Shown one piece after another: positions 25,601-34,763 of a stretch of DNA of 64,000 nt; the first letter of the stretch is position 1; each line of letters begins with the position of its first letter. This DNA comes from Macrostomum lignano (lineage: Eukaryota), in NCBI GenBank assembly GCA_002269645.1, contig NIVC01002514.1, forward strand, positions 1 to 64,000, given 5' to 3'. The notes under the pieces are model-generated. The model did no database searches. It was given only the letters and a program-made list of their open reading frames with translations, and was not told the origin of the DNA. The translations under genes were made by a program, and so were the position numbers.

Positions 25601-26003
25601 TAATTTGCGATGCAAACAAACAGAAATTGCCTACCTCTGATAGGGCAGGACATTGGCATTGGTAGGATTAGGAAAGACCCTCTTCTGGGCGTCAATACGA
25701 TCTAAATACTCTTTTATGGGCACGCTAGAATTAGGCGGAATGTACACCTTGAGCACAACATCGCCTTCCGAGTGTCTGAAAATAAGCGGTAAACAAGTAG
25801 AAACTGTCTGTAATACTGAAAAATATTTGCAGTAATTAAACATCACTAAACTTGACATTTAGAACATACCTCGATCGAACAACTTTAAAAAATGCAGTCT
25901 CTTTAAGCTTAGTCTGCAGTTCGTACTCAGTGAGATCTTGCAAGCATTGGTTATACTTATTATTGACTTCCGCGCTGCTAACACTGCCAACTTGATTGCC
26001 CAT
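14359..26003 (-). CDS. PIK3R4: Phosphoinositide 3-kinase regulatory subunit 4 (Vps15/p150): kinase domain, HEAT repeats, WD40
   Basis: 13 exons: 26003-25870, 25775-25635, 25244-24788, 24371-24195, 23688-23510, 22676-22457, 22165-21743, 20872-20559, 18941-18532, 17631-16643, 15808-15527, 15283-14954, 14796-14359; phases are consistent. N-terminal MGNQ myristoylation motif, [51 protein letters not shown] and terminal RDGVIKYWK are all typical of Vps15. Confidence 0.97.
15370..15490. repeat. Short ~41-bp tandem repeat (TTGATTTCGGGATTTTGAAATCGGATTTTGGGGATCT...)
   Basis: VPS15 intron 15284-15526. Confidence 0.75.
15845..16633. repeat. Compound ACAC/ACAG/GCAG microsatellite ending in (AC)n
   Basis: Fills VPS15 intron 15809-16642. 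Confidence 0.95.
17625..18510. repeat. 28-bp minisatellite CTGGGAGGCTGGCCCAGCAACTGAGGAT and variants (about 31 units)
   Basis: Fills VPS15 intron 17632-18531; same unit at 39343-39720. Confidence 0.97.
18960..20340. repeat. ~26-bp minisatellite GGGGAATTTATTGGCGATTCTTTTTT grading into GGGGGATTAGTGGCGACTTTTTTA
   Basis: VPS15 intron 18942-20558. Confidence 0.95.
20935..21715. repeat. 20-bp minisatellite GACACCATAGCAACCAATCA
   Basis: VPS15 intron 20873-21742. Confidence 0.97.
22210..22440. repeat. Degenerate ~44-bp repeat (GGTGATGATGATGAAGGATAATAGAGGGATTCTG...)
   Basis: VPS15 intron 22166-22456. Confidence 0.7.
22826..23450. repeat. 15-16-bp minisatellite GAAGATTCACAAGCTC
   Basis: VPS15 intron 22677-23509. 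Confidence 0.95.
23780..24120. repeat. 23-bp minisatellite GGGTGTCATTGGGGCATCATAAA
   Basis: VPS15 intron 23689-24194. Confidence 0.95.
25255..25520. repeat. 32-bp minisatellite TGTCTCAGAGTACTTATTGTACTTCAGTGTGG
   Basis: VPS15 intron 25245-25634. Confidence 0.9.
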
Positions 26004-26114
26004 TTGCTTTGGGTATTTATTTGCTTTATTAGTAGTGCACCGCGTACTCTGTATTGCCGATGACAGATGCACCCCGTGTCTCAACTGTTAGCCAGAAATG
26101 TTGACCAGATTTAG

Positions 26115-27870
26115 GGGGCGGATTTCAGATGGAGTTTCTGAGGGGAGGGCGGATTTTAGATGGAGTTTCTGAGGGGAGGGCGGATTTTAGATGGAGTTTC
26201 TGAGGGGAGGATCTTAGATGTAGTTACTGAGGTGGGGGCGGATTTTAGATGTAGTTACTGAGGGGGGGTGGATTTTAGATGTAGTTACTGAGGGGGGCGG
26301 ATTTTAGATGTAGTTACTGAGGGGGGGAGGATTTTAGATGTAGTTACTGAGGGGGCGGATTTTAGATGTAGTTACTGAGGGGGGCGGATTTTAGATGGAG
26401 TTTCTGAGGGGGGCGGATTTTAGATGGAGTTTCTGAGGGGGAGGGCGGATTTTAGATGTAGTTTCTGAGGGGGGTGGATTTTAGATGTAGTTACTGAGGG
26501 GGGCGGATTTTAGATGTAGTTACTGAGGGGGGGGATTTTAGATGGAGTTTCTGAGGGGGGGCGGATTTTAGATGGAGTTTCTGAGGGGGAGGGCGGATTT
26601 TAGATGTAGTTACTGAGGGGGAGGGTGGATTTTAGATTTAGTTTCTGAGGGGGGCGGATTTTAGATTGAGTTTCTGAGGGGGGGGCGGATTTTAGATTGA
26701 GTTTCTGAGGGGGCGGATTTAAGATCGAGTTTCTGAGGGGGGGGGCGGATTTTAGATCGAGTTTCTGAGGGTGGGGCGGATTTTAGATAGAGTTTCTGAG
26801 GGGGGCGGATTTTAGATGGAGTTTCTGAGGGGGGCGGATTTTAGATGGAGTTTCTGAGGGAGGGGGGCGGATTTTAGATCGATTTTCTAAAGGGGAGCGG
26901 ATTTTAGATCGAGTTTCTAAGGAGGGCGGATTTTAGCTGTAGTATCCGAGGGGCGGATTTTAGCTGTAGTATCCGAGGGGTGGGGCAGATTTTAGCTGTA
27001 GTATCCGAGGGAGGGGGGCGGATTTGAGCTGTAGTATCTGAGGGGGGCGGATTTTAGCTGTAGTATCCGAGGGGGCGGATTTTAGCTGTAGTATCCGAGG
27101 GGGCGGATTTTAGCTGTAGTATCCGAGAGGGGGGCGGATTTTAGCTGTAGTATCTGAGTATCTGAGGGGGCGGATTTTAGCTGTAGTATCTGAGGGGGCG
27201 GATTTTAGCTGTAGTATCCGAGAGGGGGGCGGATTTTAGCTGTAGTATCCGAGAGGGGCCGGATTTTAGCTGTAGTATCCGAGGGGGCGGATTTTAGCTG
27301 TAGTATCCGAGAGGGGGGCGGATTTTAGCTGTAGTATCTGAGTATCTGAGGGGGGCGGATTTTAGCTGTAGTATCTGAGGGGGCGGATTTTAGCTGTAGT
27401 ATCCGAGAGGGGGGCGGATTTTAGCTGTAGTATCCGAGAGGGGCCGGATTTTAGCTGTAGTATCCGAGGGGGCGGATTTTAGCTGTAGTATCCGAGAGGG
27501 GGGCGGATTTTAGCTGTAGTATCTGAGTATCTGAGGGGGGCGGATTTTAGCTGTAGTATCCGAGGGGGGCGGATTTTAGCTGTAGTATCCGAGAGGGGCC
27601 GGATTTTAGCTGTAGTATCCGAGGGGGCGGATTTTAGCTGTAGTATCCGAGAGGGGGCGGATTTTAGCTGTAGTATCTGAGTATCTGAGGGGGGCGGATT
27701 TTAGCTGTAGTATCTGAGGGGGGCGGACTTTTGATGGAATTTCTGAGGAGGAAGCAAATTGTAGGAGGATTTTTAATGGAGTCTTTGGAGGGGGGGGCGG
27801 ATTTTAGATTGAGTTTCTGAAAGGTAGGGGCGGATTTTAGATTGAGTTTCTGAAGGGTGGGGGCGGATTT
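26115..27870. repeat. ~29-bp G-run minisatellite GAGGGGGGCGGATTTTAG(ATGTAGTTACT/CTGTAGTATCC) with higher-order structure
   Basis: Begins about 110 nt upstream of the VPS15 ATG. Confidence 0.95.
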
Positions 27871-28884
27871 TTGATGTAGTTTCTGGGGGTGGGTTTTACA
27901 CGATGTGTTCAACCGCATGCAAATTGGAACTAAAATTTTAAATTTTAACAAACTTGAGAAGAAAATGATTCGAACACCAGAGAAGTCGCAGTGCAAATCA
28001 GCTAGCAAATTATTTATGACATAATGTAGCAGGGACAATAAAACTTTACGCATAGAAATACACTTTTATAAAGATAAATTGTTAAATTAATTTTGCAACA
28101 ATTGAATTAGGCTGCATCATTATGTCTGAAACCTAATGCAGAATTTAATTAATTCTAGGATGCGGGTGCACACTGGAAGGCAGTAAGATGTTTTTTATTT
28201 AATTGTAAACATTTTAAAACAAATTGAAAATAGCATTAGTAGATTAATAGTTAACTACTCATATCGAACCTTATGACATCATAATCGACTAAACACTACG
28301 GTTTACATTTGATCAATAAAGTCTTTTTCTCAGAAAGATAGAACCTTAAACAAACCGAATCTAGAAAGGAATATGAACAAAATTCATTATCTCATTTATC
28401 AAATTGATTTCTGTTCAAGACTAGTCAATACGATATCATGTGTTTTATTTAGACACAAGGGCAAAGGGGACAAATAGAGGTCAGACACAATTTGGTCACT
28501 TTGGCCGTCACATATTGCCTTTGAGTTTATTTTTGTTTTTTTTAAACTGCAACAAGGTAGGAAGCAACCTAATTAGCATAATTTATGCGGTAGAGAGCTG
28601 CCTGCCGCTGGAGAAAAGGTTCTGAATAAATTTCAAATAGCAACAACTTTGCTCGATGCAATATTTATATTTTATATATTCTACTTACGCACACGGGACT
28701 GGCATATGTAGCGCGTTTTTGTGCTGAATTTTATACCAAATTATTATTATAAGCAGCATCAAACTCATTCGCCAACAATATGAAAGGAAACAATTTGAAA
28801 ACAGAAATAAGGACAAGATTTTCCTTTTTATACCCGACATATAGCATGAAGTAACATTATAGTTATTAATATTCTCTAAAAACT

Positions 28885-29220
28885 CAGGATTACTGAAGTT
28901 CGGCAGTCACACAGAATCCTTCAGGATTACTGAAGTTCAGCAAACACAGAATCCTTCAGGATTACTGAAGTTCGGCAGTCACACAGAATCCTTCAGGATT
29001 ACTGAAGTTCGGCAGTCACACAGAATCCTTCAGGATTACTGAAGTTCGGCAGTCACAGAATCCTTCAGGATTACTGAAGTTCAGCAATCACAGAATCCTT
29101 CAGGATTACTGAAGTTCAGCAATCACAGAATCCTTCAGGATTGCTGAAGTTCGGCAGTCACACAGAATCCTTCAGGATTACTGAAGTTCAGCAGTCACAC
29201 AGAATCCTTCAGGATTCTTA
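28885..29220. repeat. 35-37-bp minisatellite TTCAGGATTACTGAAGTTCGGCAGTCACACAGAATCC
   Basis: Downstream of RER1 stop; internal dyad CTTCAG/CTGAAG. Confidence 0.95.
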
Positions 29221-29372
29221 AGGCTCGAAATCAACAGCAAAAGCCTCCAAAGTTTACCATCACCAAAACCCATTTCAAAAGACTATTTTTAACGTACAAA
29301 ACAGAGAGTTACCATGTTAAAAAGACAAATCATGCACATTATAAGTTGCACAGTGCAGCCAGACTTAACCAG

Positions 29373-32125
29373 TTAGGACTTAGCGGCGTGCTGACTTCCA
29401 ACAGGACTTGCATTGTCCTCGCGTCCTTTGTGCTGCGGCTTGCCGTAGGTGAACGGAATGTAACGATGCTTGATCATGTGCTGAGGGGGACAATTGAGTT
29501 ATAAATCATCTTCTTCACTCTAGCTTCTGCAATTATATAGACAATTTTACCAGACGTGAACTTTCTCACCTTAATCTGTCGCTTCATAGTCAGAGTGAAC
29601 AGCAAGAAAAAGTACATAACTAGTATGGGCCAGAATACTGGTATGTCGAATGCCGGCACCAGAGTACAGAACAGGGAGATCACTGTGGCCCTGGTTGAAG
29701 AGTACCTGACATGGTGTTGTGCAAGTTGTGTACTTTTATTTAATTCGAATTCGTAAATCCTTTACTAGACAGCACTTTCCATTCCCTGAGCACATACAAA
29801 AAGGCAAGCTCACATACACAAGCTCACGCAGGGTGTGCTGTATCAGCTCTTTGACCTTCTAATAGTCAGTAAAAGTAATAAGCGATTGCACCTCAATTAC
29901 CCCAGCTAATGCTGGCACCCATTTTACAGCTGGCTGAACTGAAGCAATGCAGAGAGTTAAGTATCTTGCTCAAGGACACAAATGGTTAAAACTCGGTCGA
30001 GAATCGAACCCCCGACCTTTCAGTCGTAAGTCAATACTACATTCGATTCAATACTGAGTAAATTTTCTTACAATCGACAAAATAACACTCAGTGAGCATG
30101 AGCACGCCCCCAAAGCCCCCTACTACAGCCTGCCTACCAGAACTTGAACTCCGGCAATCTTCGAATGAACGGCCGAAACTCTTCGCTGGCCCTGGTTGGC
30201 AGGCTGGGCCCGTCTTCGTCCAGCGACACGGCGTCCATTGGGGTCAGAAAACCAATTAGCAGGTTTAATAGGTAGATACCCAATGCGTAGGCGATTATGT
30301 AGAATCCCTGCGAGAATTGAATTAAGGCAAATGTCAATTTATATCACTTTTGATTGCGAATGAAAATTTAATTGGTAAAAGTACACAAGCGTAAAATTAA
30401 AATATCCATTATCTCCATCTAGATGATGATTTCGAGTGCTCATCACCAGCTAGATGATGATTTCGGGGTGCTCATTATCACACCTGGATGATGATTTCGG
30501 GGTGCTCATTATCACACCTGGATGATGATTTCAAGGTGTTCATCATCACTGGCCAGCTGGATGATCATTTCGGGGTGTTCATCACTGGCCAGCTGGATGA
30601 TGATTTCAAGGTGTTCATCATCACCAGCTGGATGATGATTTCGGGGTGTTCATCATCACCAGCTGGATGATCATTTCGGGGTGCTTATCATAACAAGCTG
30701 AAAAAAATGATTTCGGGGTGCTTATCATCCATACATGCGCAACCTCTAAAATTCGGTCGGCCGTGCGACTTAGTTTTAACAAAATGCGACATAGTTTTTG
30801 GCCAAAAATGCGACTTACACGTAAAAAAAACCCTAAAGCAAAATTAACGCAACTTTGGGTAAACGGCAGGAGTAACTATGACTGTCTTATTAAGCCGAAA
30901 TGCCTCGTCAGCTACTTAGTACTACTACTTGGGTGTTTTTTTGGGTGGGCATTTTTGCGACTTCCTTGGTTGGCCGCCAAATCGGTCGGCCGGATCGGCC
31001 GACTCGGCCGACTGTTGCGCATGTATGTTATCATCTCTTCTTGGATGATGATTTCGGGGTGCTCATTATCACCAGCTAGATGATGATTTCAAGGTGTTCA
31101 TCATCACCAGCTGGATGATCATTTCGGGGTGCTCATCATCACCAGCTGGATGATCATTTCGGGGTGTTCATCACTGGCCAGCTGGATGATGATTTCAAGG
31201 TGTTCATCATCACCAGCTGGATGATGATTTCAGGGTGTTCATCATCACCAGCTGGATGATGATTTCGGGGTGTTCATCATCACCAGCTGGATGATCATTT
31301 CGGGGTGCTTATCATAACCAGCTGAAAAAAATGATTTCGGGGTGCTTATCATCTCTTCTTGGATGATGATTTCGGGGTGCTCATTATCACCAGCTAGATG
31401 ATGATTTCAAGGTGTTCATCATCACCAGCTGGATGATGATTTCGGGGTGTTCATCATCACCAGCTGGATGATCATTTCGGGGTGTTCATCACTGGCCAGC
31501 TGGATGATGATTTCGGGGTGTTCATCATCACCAGCTGGATGATCATTTCGGGGTGTTCATTATCACCAGCTAGATGATGATTTCAGGGTGTTCATCATCA
31601 CCAGCTGGATGATGATTTCGGGGTGTTCATCATCACCAGCTGGATGATCATTTCGGGGTGCTTATCATAACCAGCTGGATGATGATTTCGGGGTGCTCAT
31701 TATCACCAGCTGGATGATCATTTCGGGGTGCTCATCACAAGCTAGATGACGATTTCAGCGTGTTCATCGTCACCACTTTAATAATGATTTCGATGTGTTC
31801 ATCATCTCCAGCTTAATTCTGATTTCGGGGTACTTGAACAACTAAATATTATTATAATTAAAAGCCCTGATTAAGCTCGACTCTAATTCCATACACAAAC
31901 AGACTAAAAGTGGAACATTTGCAACCCCCATAAAAAACTTACCTGCAATAAAAGAATTCGCAAAGCAAACAGCAGGAACAGTAAGCAGAACCCAACCCAT
32001 CGGCCAGTAGTGAATGGTGTGCACTTGTCTAGAGCTGCTTGGTATCGCATAGAAATATTGTGCCAGAATGCCGACACAGCCGATGGCGGCTTAGTGGCTT
32101 GCTCACTTTTCAAATTGTCAATCAT
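29373..32125 (-). CDS. RER1: Protein RER1 (Golgi-to-ER retrieval receptor), 198 aa
   Basis: Exons 32125-31943, 30307-30138, 29705-29570, 29480-29373. Motifs [75 protein letters not shown]. Confidence 0.97.
29881..30040 (-). mobile_element. tRNA-derived SINE fragment with CORE(MIR)-like domain in RER1 intron 2
   Basis: Minus strand has a B-box-like GGTTCGATTCTCG, then TGTGTCCTTGAGCAAGATACTTAACTCTCTGCATTGCTTCAGTTCAGCCAGCTGTAAAATGGG, resembling the recalled CORE consensus TGTGACCTTGGGCAAGTCACTTAACCTCTCTG.GCCTCAGTTTCCTCATCTGTAAAATGGG. Confidence 0.6.
30730..31027. mobile_element. hAT-type MITE (298 bp) carrying a 28S rRNA-like segment
   Basis: Perfect 14-bp TIR CATACATGCGCAAC/GTTGCGCATGTATG. 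8-bp TSD TTATCATC at 30722-30729 and 31028-31035. CGGCCG-rich subterminal repeats. An empty-site copy of the flank is at 31346-31353. Confidence 0.85.
30857..30920 (+). other. 28S rRNA-derived fragment inside the hAT MITE
   Basis: GGGTAAACGGCAGGAGTAACTATGACTGTCTTATTAAGCCGAAATGCCTCGTCAGCTACTTAGT versus 28S GGGTAAACGGCGGGAGTAACTATGACTCTCTTAAGGTAGCCAAATGCCTCGTCATCTAATTAGT. Confidence 0.8.
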
Positions 32126-33479
32126 GTCTTTTTAGATTTAATAGAATAAAATTTAAAAGCAAACAACACACAGAGAATAAAATCTCCTGAATAAACTGCT
32201 TAAATATGTTGATATCTTGTGATTTATGGAACTTTTAAACTGGGCATGCATAAAGAAAAGTAAAATTTAGCTAATTAAATAAGCAAGACAAAACTAGTTA
32301 TTACCTTAAGCTTAATTTGCAAAGTGCTAATTATATTGTAACAATAAGTTTATGGCATCTTCTATTATTATATACCATAGTCTAGTCATTGGTGGCCTTC
32401 TGGTAGGAAAAATTCCTATAAATATAATGACCCAAATATGGTATACATTATTTTGGCATACAAATATGTAGACTATAGTGTGAAATACATCTAGAACTAT
32501 AGTCCATAGTGTCAAATAGAAAGTACGCTCATATAAAAAATAATAATTTGTATATTTTAAGCCATACTAGCCTTAACTTTATGAAACAATGTGATTACTG
32601 TTTAAAATATGCCTAGTTAGACTGGATCTAAGTCCTTACACTTATTTAGGAATTAATAGGCCTAGCTCTTATCTAATATCAGAATGATTTATTGTTATAT
32701 ATATAGTAACTACAAATATAAGTTAGGCATAGCTCAAACTATATAATTTATGCATTAAATGATTAGACTTTGGCTTGAGTCAACTTAACTGACCTTGTCT
32801 TTGCTGAGTCTCCTGAAATTCCAAAAGGGATGTTTAGGAAGCTGTTGACTTATTGCTACTTTGGGTATCTTTTTCTTCCAAGACAAATACTAATTGCCAA
32901 GTTGACAGGTATGCTATGGGTAGCCTGCTTGCTCCCACGCTGGCTAACATTTGCATGGCACACTGGGAGAAGCAGTGGATGTCTCTTCCCTGTGCTCTGA
33001 CCTTCTATAGGAGGTATGTTGATAATACCTTTGCAATCTTCAATGAGGCTAGTGAGCAAAGTCAATTTCTCCAAATGCTAAACTCTACTCACCCAAAAAT
33101 TTGGTTCACCATGGAAGGGGATAATAAGAAGTTGCCCTTTCTTGACATTGAGGTTGAGTTGAGTCTAGACACTGTTAGCACTAAAGTGTACCACAAACGC
33201 ACGTTTACTAGTCTCATGTTTAACTTTCATGCATTGTGCCCACGCCAATGGAAGGCTGGTCTTGTCTATTGTATAATATATAAAGCATTCAATATCTGTA
33301 GTACCTGGCAATCTTTCCACCAAGAAGTGGTCAAGCTCATTGACATTTTTCAACGTAATGGTTTCCCAATTGGTTTTGTTAGTAAAATGCTGAACAGATT
33401 TCTAACTAAGAAAATGACTGAGTTTAGTTTGACTGACAAAGCTAAGAGGTCAAATTCCAGTGATGTGCTGATCAAATAG

Positions 33480-34045
33480 GTGTTGACCAGTTTGGTGACA
33501 AACAAATTGGGCAATAGAGATTCACAATGGACTAATTGGGGGAAAGCAAATTTGGCGACAATCTAGGCAAATTTAATGACAATTAATGAAGGAAAAACAA
33601 TAGCCTATGATTTGGATAATTCCTTTTGTAGAATGGTATTCTATAATGCAAATTAGCTTTCCCTTTTTAACTCAGTTTGTTTTATCTATTATAATTTATT
33701 CTTATTAAGTTTTAAGTTCTTTCCAAGAAATGTTTGTTAATTTCATATTTCATTTCATAATTTCATATGTAAAAGTGGCCCCTATGCCCCCTATTCACTA
33801 CTCACATTTCTCAAAATGCGGGATGTCCAATTTAACAAAACACTTTTTTGGTTACTTTAACATGCTTTTGTGGGCATTATTTCACATTGTTAAACTTTCA
33901 TATGTATTGTAAGAAAGCCTTTTTACATGTAATTTGCTTTAACTTGTCTTTAGGCTAGCCTAGATTGTGTTCGAATTTGCTTTTGCTGAATTAGTCCATT
34001 CTGAATCTCTGTTGCCAAATTTGTATATATTGGATCAAACTCCCA
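33480..34045. mobile_element. MITE-like insertion between PLE RT and endonuclease
   Basis: Imperfect 31-bp inverted repeats 33507-33537 (TTGGGCAATAGAGATTCACAATGGACTAATT) and 33989-34019, with AT-rich non-coding interior. Exact ends and TSD not resolved. Confidence 0.55.
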
Positions 34046-34724
34046 TTCTTTGGACCTTGGTGTCCCATCCCTGACTTTGGAAAAGAGGCTTAAAAGAAAT
34101 TTCTTAAAGTATTTCAACTCTCGGGTCATGGTTGTGTTTCAGACTGCCAAAATCGGCCAGTTTGTTAGCAGGTTGAAGTTGAAGGCCCTTAGAGCTCTGT
34201 TTACTGGTGTCATCTATCAATTTTGTTGCTCTGGTAATCAGAACATAATTTCCTATATAGGAAAAACCAAAAGGCAAATATACTAGGGCTAGGGAGCATA
34301 GAATGAATAACTGCTATGCATTATATGCATGATCACTTGCTTAGTTGTAATGCTTATTGTGAGCATGAGTTGACTAAGCTTTTCACTGTTCTGGATAGAT
34401 ATAGATTTGATAGGCCTAGCAAACTCAGAGTGCTAGAAGCCTTGCACATTAAATATCATAAACCTAGTCTAAATACTTATCTTGTAGGTGGAGGACTCAG
34501 TTTATAGCTCAAAGTTTTCTAGGCTTGGTGTGGGTTTGTGGCTTTTTCCCTGCCAATATTGTTTGCTGTGTTTCTTTGTTCTGTGTGATGGCCTAAAAAT
34601 TTAATTTATTTTTGTCTCTTAATATACAACTATCAACCAGACTAAACCCATTTGTCTATTTCCCTATACAGCTTTTGACTTTCTTTATTTATTTAAATAT
34701 TTGGAATTGTGAACCATGAGTGCA

Positions 34725-34763
34725 AGCCCTGAAGATGACCACTCATGTCGAAATGCATTGGCT
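34725..34763 (+). ncRNA. Candidate minimal type I hammerhead ribozyme at the 3' end of the Penelope-like element
   Basis: AGCC-CUGAAGA-(U)-GAC CACUCAU GUC-GAA-A UGCA U-U-GGCU: stem I AGCC/GGCU, intact core, stem II GAC/GUC, palindromic AUGCAU stem III, cleavage predicted after 34759. Confidence 0.6.

Larger units (their letters stand above)
30420..31830. repeat. ~35-bp minisatellite CCAGCTGGATGATGATTTCGGGGTGTTCATCATCA, interrupted by the hAT MITE
   Basis: RER1 intron 30308-31942. Confidence 0.95.

Noticed and set aside
28885-29220. Palindromic 35-37-bp direct repeats resembling a CRISPR array
   Set aside because: Units are contiguous with no unique spacers, there are no cas genes, and the context is eukaryotic.
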